Shown: positions 1 to 10,795, numbered from the stretch's first letter. The stretch: 64,000 bases of DNA from a virus (IMGVR_UViG_3300010354_000061:1-64000); one strand, 5' to 3'. A program made the numbers and translations. Notes: a model not told the origin generated them from the letters alone.

Positions 1-1031
1 CCACCGCCGCCCCCAAATTTGCGTCCCTCCCCCCCACCCGCCACCACTAGATAATCCACACTCACCGCAGCCGGAGGCGCTACCCACTCCTGCGTGGATT
101 TGAAGGTGAAGACGGAAGAATAGGGAACAATACATTTTAAAATAACAATGCCAGAGCCACCAGTACCTCCGGCACCTTCAAAACCCGGACTATTTCTATA
201 TCCCCCTCCACCACCTCCACCACCGGTATTTGTTGTGCCGGCCGTACCATCCTCAGCCCCCGTGCCACCAGCCCCCCCACCGCCTGTACCACCAGCACCG
301 GCAGTTCCCCCACTAGGATTTCGGGCGCCACCGCCGCCACCACCAGCATAAGTTACTGATGCACCAGAAATGTTTGAAGACGAGCCATTACCACCAGCGG
401 TTGGACTGCCACTAGTAGCGTTTGCTGCAGCAGCACTAGCACCTCCACCACCAGCACCAGAGTTTGTGTTGCTTCCAGAAGTTCCGCCAGCATTTTCTCC
501 AGATCCTGCTGCTACTCCTGCTCCACCACCAGCAGCTTGACCACCGCCTGATCCACCACCAGTGCCTGTGGCTGCTACATTATAACCACCACCGCCACCG
601 CCTCCAGAAGATGTTACAGTTGTAATGCCTGGACCAGATAATGAAGAACTTGAACCAGAAACACCTCCTGGATATACGTTATTTTGACCATCATAGCCGC
701 CTGCGCCTCCTGCACCAACGGTTACAGTATAATCACTGCTAGCAGAGACAGATAATGTTCCTGTTTTAAACTGTCCTCCTCCTCCACCACCGCCAATTGT
801 TTCCCCTCCTCCTCCGCCACCTCCTACTACAAGATAATCTGCAGACGTGACTCCCTCAGGACTAGTCCACGTTCCAGAAGCAGTAAATGTAGCAACAATT
901 GAGACGACCGACGCCGGCCAGTTTCCCCCCCGCTTTGCCAACAGCGCAGCCGTCAGCGACCATATTCCTTTTGCTGAGGATGTACTTGCACTGTTGACGG
1001 GACCAATTATGCCACCATTTAGACGAGCCAT
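1..1031 (-). CDS. Gly-rich virion/adhesin-like protein, 3' end outside window (not in ORF track)
   Basis: ATG at 1031, open to the left edge: MARLNGGIIGPVN...ADYLVVGGGGGGG...TYAGGGGGG...GGSGIVILK...VDYLVVAGGG; paralogous to 2478..3317. Confidence 0.85.
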   Translation of the reverse strand, partial: MARLNGGIIGPVNSASTSSAKGIWSLTAALLAKRGGNWPASVVSIVATFTASGTWTSPEGVTSADYLVVGGGGGGGETIGGGGGGGQFKTGTLSVSASSDYTVTVGAGGAGGYDGQNNVYPGGVSGSSSSLSGPGITTVTSSGGGGGGGYNVAATGTGGGSGGGQAAGGGAGVAAGSGENAGGTSGSNTNSGAGGGGASAAAANATSGSPTAGGNGSSSNISGASVTYAGGGGGGARNPSGGTAGAGGTGGGGAGGTGAEDGTAGTTNTGGGGGGGGYRNSPGFEGAGGTGGSGIVILKCIVPYSSVFTFKSTQEWVAPPAAVSVDYLVVAGGGEGRKFGGGG

Positions 1032-1039
1032 TTTATTCT

Positions 1040-1405
1040 CTATGACAGTTCTTCATAACTAACAACTGCTTCTAAATCACTATTAGCAGATGCTAGACCA
1101 ATTAACTTGTCGCCTTCTTCAAGATAAACTTGAGAAGCCTTCTCGATAACAACCAAAGAGGCATCAGCCGGTACTGTAACAGTTTTTGCAATGTTGTATG
1201 TGACGTTAGCAGAATAATCATACAACGTTACAGTAACATCAGCATTGTTTGTACCATCAACGTTGCTAATATACAAGCTGTTCACTTTGAATACTTTGCT
1301 GCTAGTATTGCCATTTGCAACAATGTCTGTGTTTGATGTTGTCAAAGCAACACCAGATGTTTTTCCCGTTATTGTTGTTACGTTAACAATATTTGGAGCA
1401 GCCAT
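1040..1405 (-). CDS. small beta-rich virion protein
   Basis: MAAPNIVNVTTITGKT...LEEGDKL..ASANSDLEAVVSYEELS, a type common in phage fibre clusters; GAGG SD upstream. Confidence 0.75.
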   Translation of the reverse strand: MAAPNIVNVTTITGKTSGVALTTSNTDIVANGNTSSKVFKVNSLYISNVDGTNNADVTVTLYDYSANVTYNIAKTVTVPADASLVVIEKASQVYLEEGDKLIGLASANSDLEAVVSYEELS

Positions 1406-1434
1406 TTTGACCTCTTTTAGTTTTTAATATTTAT

Positions 1435-1653
1435 TTAACCGCCAAACACAATTGCCATTGCTATTATCTTACCAGTTGTAGCAGCACCACTATATCCACT
1501 TATGCCACTAAATCCTGAGTATCCAGAAATACCACTAAAGCCAGAGTAGCCAGAAGTACCCATACCCGAGAAACCAGACGTACCACTAAAACCTGAGAAG
1601 CCTGACAGTCCTTCGTATCCCTGCGATGTTGTGTTACTAAGATAAATTGGCAT
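1435..1653 (-). CDS. short Ser-Gly-Xaa repeat virion protein
   Basis: SGFSGISGYSG repeats like 3310..10416; C-terminal TTGKIIAMAIVFGG. Confidence 0.75.
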   Translation of the reverse strand: MPIYLSNTTSQGYEGLSGFSGFSGTSGFSGMGTSGYSGFSGISGYSGFSGISGYSGAATTGKIIAMAIVFGG

Positions 1654-1688
1654 TTTTTACTCTTTACTTAGTTGTTATGTTTAACTTT

Positions 1689-2465
1689 TTAATTTCTCCA
1701 AAATTCAGAATTGATCACACGACTTAAAATTTCAGAGGGTACGAACGTTTCTTGTTTTTTCAATTCTACCTTACCCTCAATGTTATGTAATCCTTGAATT
1801 TGAACATCATCATCATACTCTTTAAAACTAAATTTAACATTATTAAAATCATGCTTGAAATGGGGCTCATTAATAAAATCATATATCTTCGTCAATATTT
1901 TTTTCGGATTGCTTGCTAGGTCCTTATATTCCACTAATAAATATTTGCTTTCATTAGCTGGCACCAAGGCCTGCTTTAATCCGTTATATGCATATCCAAG
2001 TATTCCATCATGTCGCATCAATGCTTCACAACGCGTAAAAACATTTTTATTATCATCCCTAGACAACTTGCTATTTTCAAAACAATTTCTTTGATAAAGC
2101 TGCTCAAAAGAATTTAATATTTCTGTTAAATCTCGTACACATATAATTACTTTACTTTCAGGAAATAAATTTTGTATCATAGGCAAATCATAGGTCCATC
2201 CTCTACTTGTATCAAAAACAATTTGTCTATCAGTAATATCTTCATAAAACGTATCAAACACATTTTGAATTATTTTTTTTCGTGTTTGTACAGAACAAAG
2301 ATATTTCATTCCAGGCTCAGCAGTCGCTTCCGTTACAATCGATCTGGCCATTCTATTCAAAGGTCCAGCAATTGATGCATAAATTTTTGGATTTTGTAAT
2401 AATAACGAAGATAGTAAAGTTGTGCCCGACCTAGGCAATCCTGAAATAAAATGATACTTTTTCAT
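1689..2465 (-). CDS. PAPS-dependent sulfotransferase family protein
   Basis: 5'-PSB loop FISGLPRSGTTLL; KVIICVRD..EILNSF (3'-PB); VEYKDL..NP. Confidence 0.85.
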   Translation of the reverse strand: MKKYHFISGLPRSGTTLLSSLLLQNPKIYASIAGPLNRMARSIVTEATAEPGMKYLCSVQTRKKIIQNVFDTFYEDITDRQIVFDTSRGWTYDLPMIQNLFPESKVIICVRDLTEILNSFEQLYQRNCFENSKLSRDDNKNVFTRCEALMRHDGILGYAYNGLKQALVPANESKYLLVEYKDLASNPKKILTKIYDFINEPHFKHDFNNVKFSFKEYDDDVQIQGLHNIEGKVELKKQETFVPSEILSRVINSEFWRN

Positions 2466-2477
2466 AATATATTTTCC

Positions 2478-3317
2478 TTAAAAAGTAATTGACCCACTCC
2501 CAGTAAATTTATATATCCTTTTTCCTCCAGATTCTGAATATGTGGGACTACCAGTGGTTGAGCTTGCTGCAGTGTTCTCTAGAGGATAGCTAATTATTAC
2601 GACTCCAGAACCACCAGATCCACCATAAGTCAAATAATATCTACCCCCTCCACCGCCTCCACCCAAATTTACACTACCATTTGAACCAGCTCCACTATTA
2701 GATCCGTTGCCACCGCCACCAGACCCCCCAGTACCTGCCGGATCATTTAAAGACCCGCCGCCTCCGCCTCCACCATAAGTAACGCTTGTACCAGTAATTG
2801 AGCTGGAAAGTCCGGTTCCGCCGTTACCACCAGCAGCCCCAACAACGTTACCTCCTGCCGTTGTTGCCCCACCACCCCCTCCACCACCATAGCCTGTACT
2901 TGCATCTCCTCCTTTATTTCCTTCTCCAGATGTGCCTGATCCTCCTACTGGCAATCCGTGTCTAGCTCCGGCACCGCCACCAGAACCTCCACTATTTCCA
3001 TTTTGTCCTTCCCAACCACCATATCCACCACCTAAACATGAAACAGTAGAAAAAGAAGAGTTTGATCCGTTGGTTGCTTGCACTTCATACCCCCAACCAC
3101 CATATCCATATCCTGCGCTGCCACCGCCACCCACCGTGATGGTGTACTGGGTTCCTTTAGAAACAGAAAGAGAAGAGCCCGCTCTAACACCCCCTGCACC
3201 ACCAGCACCATAAGAAGAACCACCACCTCCTCCTGCTACCACTAAGTATTCAACAGACGTTGGTGGTCCAGGAGCGGCAGATATACCAAATCCAACTAAA
3301 TGATTTATTTTAAGCAT
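2478..3317 (-). CDS. Gly-rich virion/adhesin-like protein
   Basis: VEYLVVAGGGGG...YTITVGGGG...GGSGVVIISY...IYKFTGSGSITF polyglycine domain. Confidence 0.85.
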   Translation of the reverse strand: MLKINHLVGFGISAAPGPPTSVEYLVVAGGGGGSSYGAGGAGGVRAGSSLSVSKGTQYTITVGGGGSAGYGYGGWGYEVQATNGSNSSFSTVSCLGGGYGGWEGQNGNSGGSGGGAGARHGLPVGGSGTSGEGNKGGDASTGYGGGGGGGATTAGGNVVGAAGGNGGTGLSSSITGTSVTYGGGGGGGSLNDPAGTGGSGGGGNGSNSGAGSNGSVNLGGGGGGGRYYLTYGGSGGSGVVIISYPLENTAASSTTGSPTYSESGGKRIYKFTGSGSITF

Positions 3318-6300
3318 CTGTGCTTGCGTCTGTAGTAAAGTATAACGTTACACCATGCAATCGAGCATCAATAGCCATTGTGTCGCTGGCGTTTGCTGGT
3401 GCTCTTTTTACTCTAAACATTACATAATCTTCTGCTTGTGGTGTGCCTCCAATTGTAATTGCTGAAGACTCAGGACCAACATATAAATCGTTTGTTGTTC
3501 CTCCTGTGTCTGCTGACGTTTGTTCTGTACCAAATGCTACATCTAATCCATCATCATTGGATACGGCTACAGCATCCAATGCCCACACAACACCAAAGTT
3601 TGTAGAAGTTGAAGCATGACTCCACGATGGTGTAAATGTAACAGTACCCTCATCCCACGATTTAGGCATACGAATATCAAATTGAGCAAACTCTTGGGTT
3701 GTTGCATCGAAATCCAAAGTTTTGATCATGTTCTTATTTGTGGTTGTTTCTACAGTTCCTGAAGCAGCACCGTTTGTTGTTCTAGCTGTCATGGCACCAG
3801 CAGGTATCCATATTGTTTGCTTACCTGCTGTTGATGCACCACTAAATCCTGAATAACCACTCGTGCCTGTACCACTAAATCCTGAGTAGCCACTAATACC
3901 AGAACCAGAATAACCACTAAAGCCTGAATATCCACTAATGCCACTAAAGCCTGAGTATCCACTAATGCCGCTGAACCCACTAGACCCAGATAATCCAGAA
4001 ACACCACGTGGTCCAAGTGTAGATATTAGTTGCCATGTAGTACCATCGTAAATCAAATATATTATATTACTCTTTGCATCACAAATAAGATCATCAGCAA
4101 CACCTTCTATCGTGGAGCCGTTCCTTGCTACCGTTAAGTTATTAACAGACCAGTCTCCACCATCACCAACAACAACTATTGCTCCTGTTGACGGTGTAGC
4201 AGGCAGTGTTACCGTGAACACTCCGCCTGTCGTATCAGCAAGATATTGTCCACCCGACACAACGTTTGTATTGGAAGTTATTTTCTGCCACGTCAACAAC
4301 ACACCAGAATATCCACTGGTGCCACTGAAGCCAGAGTAACCGGAAATACCAGATCCACTAAAGCCAGAATATCCACTAGTACCAGGAGCACCAGGAGCAC
4401 CACTCATCCCCGATACACCAACAGTACTAACAACCTGCCACGTTGAACTATCATATGTTATGTGTACTAATACATCAGCAACATCAAGCAACAAATCGTT
4501 GGATTGACCTTCAATTGTGCTACCATTACGTAGAACAGTTACATTATTGTTTGACCAATTGAAAGATGTATTACCACCATCTTGGAGAAGGACTGTGTCA
4601 CCAGTGCTTGGTGTAGCTGGTAGCGTAACGTTAAACGATCCACCAGAAGAATCGAGTATATATTGACCTCTATTGATGAGGTTGGTGTTGGCTGTGAGTT
4701 TTGTCCAACTTGGTGCAATACCGGAATAACCCGATGTACCACTGAATCCTGAGTAACCAGATACACCAGCTCCACTAAAGCCAGAATAGCCTGATTCTCC
4801 GCTAAAGCCTGAAAACCCGCTCGCTCCGTTGCTACCTATGACACCATCTTGACCAGAATAACCACTTATACCACTAAAACCAGAGTAACCTGATACACCA
4901 GACCAGCCACTGAAGCCGGACTCGCCCGACCACCCCGAGAATCCACTAATGCCAGACCATCCACTGAATCCAGATACTCCACTAAATCCTGAATAACCGC
5001 TTATACCAGACCATCCACTAAATCCGCTAACACCACTAAATCCCGAATAACCGCTTGCGCCGGCAGTTACTAAATCGGTACCGACTGTGTTGCCCCCCGC
5101 GGTAATATCTATGTAATATCCGCGATTTGAACCACCATTTTCAAAGAATCTTAATTTATTTTGATAGACATCAATTGTCACACCGTTGGTAATAGAAGTG
5201 TTTGTGACTGGTTTGTTGAGGTATATTTCCCCTCCCTCGTCTCCATTCTGATAAAGAGATTCTAAATTACCATTAACTTTTAAACTTGTTCCATCATAGA
5301 CTAGTCCGGCACTACCTGTTACGACACCGCTGCTGTCTTTATAAATGACTTGGTTGTTAGATCCTCCTATAACTGCACTGTACCCGGAGAAACCACTTAT
5401 ACCCGACCAACCACTAAATCCACTAATACCACTGAATCCAGAGTAACCGGAAATACCACTAAATCCAGAATAACCACTTATGCCCGACCACCCCGAGAAA
5501 CCAGAAATACCACTGAAACCCGAATATCCTGAAATGCCAGACCATCCACTGAATCCAGAAATACCACTAAAGCCCGAGTAACCTGATTCTCCTGACCATC
5601 CCGAGAAACCGCTTACACCCGACCACCCTGAATAACCGCTTGTACCCTGATCTCCCTTGTCTCCTGTAACAGCGAACGTAACAGTAATTTGAGTTGCATT
5701 TGTAAACGGAGTTGTACCACCAGACAACCAAGAAACAGGTACATTAAAATGGTTGTTAGCATCTTCAGTATGCGATCCAACAATTGCAAAGAAAGTAAAG
5801 TTAAGTGTATTGGCTTCTTCTGTTAACTTGACATGACCTTTTATTGACGATGTGGAGTCATCAATTGTTTGCAAGAATGAGTAGATCGATGTATTATTTC
5901 GATCCTGGTAGTCAACATACATTATGTTGGCCGTTGCAAGGTTGGCGCTGTTGAAGCTAATGTCGCCATCTGCTGACGGATTTGGATCTGCAGTACTTGT
6001 TAGGAAGTTATACTCGAACGAAGCCCCTGCAAATTGTCCGTCCCGTCCACTGAAACCTGACGTGCCAGACCAACCGCTAAATCCACTTATGCCACTAAAT
6101 CCAGAATAACCACTTATGCCAGACCAACCACTGAAACCACTTATGCCAGACCAACCCGAGTAACCAGACTCACCAGACCAACCCGAATAGCCACTAATGC
6201 CACTGAAACCAGAGTAGCCAGAAACACCACTAAAGCCTGAATAGCCAGACTCTCCTGACCAACCACTGAAGCCTGAATAGCCACTAATACCACTAAAACC

Positions 6301-9300
6301 AGAATATCCCGACTCTCCTGACCATCCTGAGTAACCAGAAATACCACTGAAGCCTGAATAACCACTTATACCTGAGCCAGAGTAGCCCGACTCTCCACTA
6401 AAACCAGAGTAGCCAGAAATACCACTAAAGCCTGAGTAGCCAGAATCACCACTAAAGCCTGAGTAGCCACTGATGCCACTAAAGCCAGAATAGCCAGAAT
6501 CACCTGACCATCCGGAATAGCCAGATATGCCACTGAAACCTGAGTAGCCAGATTCTCCACTAAATCCTGAGTAGCCAGACTCCCCAGACCAACCAGAGAA
6601 ACCACTCACACCAGACCAGCCGGAATATCCTGACTCCCCTGACCATCCTGAGTAACCAGATATTCCAGACCAACCGCTGAAACCACTTATACCGCTAAAT
6701 CCTGAGTAGCCAGATTCACCACTAAATCCTGAATATCCAGAGATACCACTACCAGAGTATCCACTTATACCTGAACCAGAGTATCCACTGATGCCACTAA
6801 AGCCCGAGTATCCAGAGATACCAGACACACCAACCGTGCTAACAACCTGCCACGTCGTATTATCGTACGTTATGTGAACAAGAACATCAGCAACGTCAAG
6901 AATTAAATCATTAGATTGGCCTTCAATTGTACTGCCATTACGCAAGACTGTTACATTATTAACGAACCAGTTTATTGATGTGTTGCCGCCGTCTTGAAGA
7001 ACAACTGTATCGCCAAGACTTGGAGTTCCTGGTAAAGTAACATTGAACGATCCGCCCGACGAATCGAGAATGTATTGACCTCTGTTAACAAGATTGGTGT
7101 TAGCAGTAAGCCTTGTCCAACTTGGTGCAATACCAGAGTAGCCACTAATACCACTAAAGCCAGAGTAGCCAGATTCTCCACTGAAGCCAGAGTATCCAGA
7201 CTCGCCACTAAATCCTGAATAACCACTAATACCTGAACCAGAATAACCACTTGTACCACTGAATCCAGAGTAACCAGACTCTCCGGACCAACCAGAGTAG
7301 CCTGAAATACCACTAAAGCCAGAGTAGCCAGATTCTCCACTAAATCCTGAGTACCCACTAATGCCACTAAATCCTGAGTATCCACTAATGCCACTAAATC
7401 CTGAGTAGCCGGATTCCCCAGACCACCCCGAGTAACCAGAAATACCGCTAAAGCCAGAGTAGCCACTTATACCACTGAAACCAGAATATCCGGATTCACC
7501 ACTGAACCCTGAATAACCAGACTCTCCAGACCATCCTGAATAACCTGAAATGCCGCTAAAACCTGAGTACCCACTTACACCACTAAATCCCGAGTATCCA
7601 GAAATACCACTAAATCCAGAGTAGCCAGACTCGCCCGACCAGCCACTAAAACCACTTACCCCAGACCAGCCAGAGTAACCGCTTGTACCTTGATCGCCCT
7701 TATCGCCAGTAACTGCAAACGTGACCGTTATCTGTGTAGCATTAGCAAAAGGAGATTGTGTTCCCGATAACCACGATACAGGCACATTGAAGTGGTTGTT
7801 AGCGTCTTCGGTGTGTGTACCAACAATTGCAAAGAATGCAAAGTTAAGAGTGTTGGCCTCTTCTGTTAATTTTACATGACCTTTAATCGACGATGTTGAA
7901 TCGTCAATTGTCTGCAAGAAAGAGTAAATCGATGTATTGTTTCGATCCTGGTAGTCAACATACATTATATTAGCGGAAGCAAGATTGGCGCTATTGAAGT
8001 TAATATCACCATCAGCTGATGGGTTAGGGTCTGCTGTGCTTGTTAAGAAGTTGTATTCAAACGAAGCACCTGCAAATTGACCATCACGTCCACTAAAACC
8101 TGATGTACCAGACCAACCACTGAATCCTGAGTAACCGGAAATACCGCTGAAACCCGAAAAACCAGAATATCCACTGATACCACTGAAGCCCGAATAACCT
8201 GACTCCCCTGACCAACCACTATACCCCGATTCTCCACTAAATCCTGAATATCCGCTAATGCCACTAAATCCCGAGTAGCCACTTATACCGCTAAATCCAG
8301 AATATCCAGAAATACCACTAAATCCAGAATATCCTGACTCGCCCGACCACCCTGAGTAACCAGAGATACCGCTGAAGCCTGAATAACCTGATTCGCCACT
8401 AAATCCTGAATAACCAGATTCCCCGGACCATCCTGAGTATCCACTGATACCACTGAAGCCTGAGTAGCCAGATATGCCACTGAATCCTGAATAACCTGAT
8501 TCACCACTAAATCCTGAATATCCAGATTCTCCAGACCAACCTGAGTATCCGCTGATACCACTGAAGCCTGAGTAGCCAGATATGCCACTGAATCCTGAGT
8601 AACCAGATTCACCTGACCAGCCAGAGTAGCCTGATTCCCCTGACCAGCCAGAATAGCCACTAATACCTGAGCCAGAATAACCACTTATACCACTAAATCC
8701 TGAATAACCTGACTCACCAGACCATCCTGAATATCCTGACTCACCACTAAAGCCTGAGTAGCCAGATATGCCACTGAATCCAGAATATCCTGACTCGCCA
8801 CTGAATCCTGAGTAACCGCTAATACCTGAGCCAGAATAACCACTTGCGCCACTGAATCCTGAATAACCAGACTCTCCAGACCATCCTGAATACCCTGATT
8901 CTCCCGACCAACCACTAAATCCGCTTATCCCGCTAAAGCCTGAGTATCCACTTATGCCACTAAAACCAGAGTATCCCGACTCGCCACTGAATCCTGAATA
9001 ACCACTTATACCTGAGCCAGAGTAACCCGACTCTCCACTGAAACCAGAGTAGCCAGAAATACCACTAAATCCAGAATAACCAGATTCTCCTGACCAACCA
9101 CTAAATCCGCTTATTCCTGACCAGCCACTAAAGCCACTTATCCCAGACCAACCTGAATAGCCACTTATACCGCTTGTGCCACTAAAGCCTGAGTAACCAC
9201 TAATACCTGATCCACTATAACCTGAAATACCACTACCTGAATAACCAGATTCTCCCGACCATCCACTAAATCCGCTTATTCCTGACCAGCCACTAAAGCC

Positions 9301-10416
9301 ACTTATCCCAGACCAACCTGAATAGCCACTTATACCCTGATCACCTTTGTCACCAGTAACAGCAAACGTGACAGTTATTTGTGTCCCGTTAGCAAAAGGA
9401 GATTGAGAGCCAGAAAGCCAAGAAACTGGAACATGAAAATGGTTATTAGAATCTTCTGTATGTGTACCAACAATCGCAAAGAATGTATAGTTGAGTGTGT
9501 TTGCTTCTTCTGATAGTTTGACGTGACCTTTTATTGAGGAAGAAGAGTCGTCAATTGTTTGAAGGAACGAATAGATTAAGGTGTTGTTGCGATCCTCATA
9601 GTCAATGTACATAACATTGGCTGTTGCGAGGTTTGCGCTATTGAAATTTATTTCACCATTTGCAGATGGATTTGGATCAGATGTACTAACAATAAAATTA
9701 TATTCAAACGAAGCACCAGCAAATTGTCCGTCACGACCACTAAAGCCTGATGTTCCAGACCAACCACTGAATCCGCTAATGCCACTGAAGCCAGAATAGC
9801 CACTAATGCCAGACCAACCTGAAAAACCACTTATGCCAGACCAACCTGAGTAACCCGACTCACCCGACCAACCTGAATATCCACTAACACCACTGAATCC
9901 AGAATAACCTGATTCTCCACTAAATCCAGAATAACCCGATTCTCCGCTAAATCCTGAGTAACCAGAAATACCACTAAATCCAGAATATCCTGAGATGCCG
10001 CTAAATCCCGAGTAACCAGAAATACCACTGCCTGAATAACCACTTATTCCAGAACCAGAAAAGCCTGAAAACCCCGATCTACCACTGAATCCTGAATAGC
10101 CTGATATTCCGCTAAATCCTGAGTAACCAGAAATACCACTAAATCCAGAATATCCTGAGATGCCGCTAAATCCTGAGTAACCAGAAATACCACTACCCGA
10201 ATAACCACTTATTCCAGAACCAGAGAATCCGCTGTAGCCTGATATTCCAGAATAACCACTTGCACCATTAACACCTATAATACCATCTTGACCAGAATAG
10301 CCAGAATAACCAGAAATACCAGACGGACCAGGAACAGCAACGCTAATGTTGGTTGGAACAGCAGAAACAGGCTGTAGAACACCGCCTAGTGGGGTTACTT
10401 TGATGTTAACTGTCAT
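3310..10416 (-). CDS. 2368-aa collagen-like (Ser-Gly-Xaa) fibre with repeated globular domains
   Basis: long SG[YFWIEV] triplet tracts; three copies of a GRDGQFAGASFEYNF...VTGDKGDQG domain; three copies of a W..LTANT..GQY..D..GG.F.VTLP..P..GD domain. Confidence 0.85.
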   Translation of the reverse strand: MTVNIKVTPLGGVLQPVSAVPTNISVAVPGPSGISGYSGYSGQDGIIGVNGASGYSGISGYSGFSGSGISGYSGSGISGYSGFSGISGYSGFSGISGYSGFSGISGYSGFSGRSGFSGFSGSGISGYSGSGISGYSGFSGISGYSGFSGISGYSGFSGESGYSGFSGESGYSGFSGVSGYSGWSGESGYSGWSGISGFSGWSGISGYSGFSGISGFSGWSGTSGFSGRDGQFAGASFEYNFIVSTSDPNPSANGEINFNSANLATANVMYIDYEDRNNTLIYSFLQTIDDSSSSIKGHVKLSEEANTLNYTFFAIVGTHTEDSNNHFHVPVSWLSGSQSPFANGTQITVTFAVTGDKGDQGISGYSGWSGISGFSGWSGISGFSGWSGESGYSGSGISGYSGSGISGYSGFSGTSGISGYSGWSGISGFSGWSGISGFSGWSGESGYSGFSGISGYSGFSGESGYSGSGISGYSGFSGESGYSGFSGISGYSGFSGISGFSGWSGESGYSGWSGESGYSGFSGASGYSGSGISGYSGFSGESGYSGFSGISGYSGFSGESGYSGWSGESGYSGFSGISGYSGSGISGYSGWSGESGYSGWSGESGYSGFSGISGYSGFSGISGYSGWSGESGYSGFSGESGYSGFSGISGYSGFSGISGYSGWSGESGYSGFSGESGYSGFSGISGYSGWSGESGYSGFSGISGYSGFSGISGYSGFSGISGYSGFSGESGYSGWSGESGYSGFSGISGYSGFSGFSGISGYSGFSGWSGTSGFSGRDGQFAGASFEYNFLTSTADPNPSADGDINFNSANLASANIMYVDYQDRNNTSIYSFLQTIDDSTSSIKGHVKLTEEANTLNFAFFAIVGTHTEDANNHFNVPVSWLSGTQSPFANATQITVTFAVTGDKGDQGTSGYSGWSGVSGFSGWSGESGYSGFSGISGYSGFSGVSGYSGFSGISGYSGWSGESGYSGFSGESGYSGFSGISGYSGFSGISGYSGWSGESGYSGFSGISGYSGFSGISGYSGFSGESGYSGFSGISGYSGWSGESGYSGFSGTSGYSGSGISGYSGFSGESGYSGFSGESGYSGFSGISGYSGIAPSWTRLTANTNLVNRGQYILDSSGGSFNVTLPGTPSLGDTVVLQDGGNTSINWFVNNVTVLRNGSTIEGQSNDLILDVADVLVHITYDNTTWQVVSTVGVSGISGYSGFSGISGYSGSGISGYSGSGISGYSGFSGESGYSGFSGISGFSGWSGISGYSGWSGESGYSGWSGVSGFSGWSGESGYSGFSGESGYSGFSGISGYSGWSGDSGYSGFSGISGYSGFSGDSGYSGFSGISGYSGFSGESGYSGSGISGYSGFSGISGYSGWSGESGYSGFSGISGYSGFSGWSGESGYSGFSGVSGYSGFSGISGYSGWSGESGYSGWSGISGFSGWSGISGYSGFSGISGFSGWSGTSGFSGRDGQFAGASFEYNFLTSTADPNPSADGDISFNSANLATANIMYVDYQDRNNTSIYSFLQTIDDSTSSIKGHVKLTEEANTLNFTFFAIVGSHTEDANNHFNVPVSWLSGGTTPFTNATQITVTFAVTGDKGDQGTSGYSGWSGVSGFSGWSGESGYSGFSGISGFSGWSGISGYSGFSGISGFSGWSGISGYSGFSGISGYSGFSGISGFSGWSGISGFSGYSAVIGGSNNQVIYKDSSGVVTGSAGLVYDGTSLKVNGNLESLYQNGDEGGEIYLNKPVTNTSITNGVTIDVYQNKLRFFENGGSNRGYYIDITAGGNTVGTDLVTAGASGYSGFSGVSGFSGWSGISGYSGFSGVSGFSGWSGISGFSGWSGESGFSGWSGVSGYSGFSGISGYSGQDGVIGSNGASGFSGFSGESGYSGFSGAGVSGYSGFSGTSGYSGIAPSWTKLTANTNLINRGQYILDSSGGSFNVTLPATPSTGDTVLLQDGGNTSFNWSNNNVTVLRNGSTIEGQSNDLLLDVADVLVHITYDSSTWQVVSTVGVSGMSGAPGAPGTSGYSGFSGSGISGYSGFSGTSGYSGVLLTWQKITSNTNVVSGGQYLADTTGGVFTVTLPATPSTGAIVVVGDGGDWSVNNLTVARNGSTIEGVADDLICDAKSNIIYLIYDGTTWQLISTLGPRGVSGLSGSSGFSGISGYSGFSGISGYSGFSGYSGSGISGYSGFSGTGTSGYSGFSGASTAGKQTIWIPAGAMTARTTNGAASGTVETTTNKNMIKTLDFDATTQEFAQFDIRMPKSWDEGTVTFTPSWSHASTSTNFGVVWALDAVAVSNDDGLDVAFGTEQTSADTGGTTNDLYVGPESSAITIGGTPQAEDYVMFRVKRAPANASDTMAIDARLHGVTLYFTTDASTDA

Positions 10417-10748
10417 CTCGTCACTTCCGGATTAATTGTGGCGATTCCCTCAACAACTCTCGATACCGAACCAGTGGCTGAGTCTGTTAGCTCAATGTCA
10501 TAAACGTAACGGCCAGCGGTCATTGCTTTCGTGGTGTTTGCAGTCAGGGAAGCTGTTAAAATGCCTGTACTTGTGTTTACAGTACATACAAAGCTGGTGG
10601 AATTCGATGAGGAATAGTGCTTTCTTATTTGTCCGGCAGCCGAATATGTAGTGAGATCAAGGATTTCTCCAGTATCATCGTTTGTCAAACTAAATGTAGT
10701 GGCAAACGTAGTGCCTTGATCTATAGAAAGATTTACCTTGACTGCCAT
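10413..10748 (-). CDS. small virion adaptor-type protein
   Basis: NLSIDQGTTF...AGQIRKHY...GRYVYDIEL...RVVEG.ATINPEVTR, typical upstream of phage fibres. Confidence 0.75.
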   Translation of the reverse strand: MAVKVNLSIDQGTTFATTFSLTNDDTGEILDLTTYSAAGQIRKHYSSSNSTSFVCTVNTSTGILTASLTANTTKAMTAGRYVYDIELTDSATGSVSRVVEGIATINPEVTR

Positions 10749-10774
10749 GCGAAGCCCCCTGAACGTTATTCAGG

Positions 10775-10782
10775 TATTTATA
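10775..10782 (-). promoter_or_regulatory. T4-type late promoter TATAAATA
   Basis: exact TATAAATA on minus strand in the intergenic gap upstream of 10748. Confidence 0.75.
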
Positions 10783-10795
10783 TGATTGAAATCTA

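Noticed and set aside
1-3317. Diversity-generating retroelement acting on Gly-rich genes
   Set aside because: No reverse transcriptase or TR/VR pair differing only at adenines in this window
3310-10416. CRISPR array or non-coding satellite
   Set aside because: Repeats are in-frame codon repeats with synonymous variation and no unique spacers
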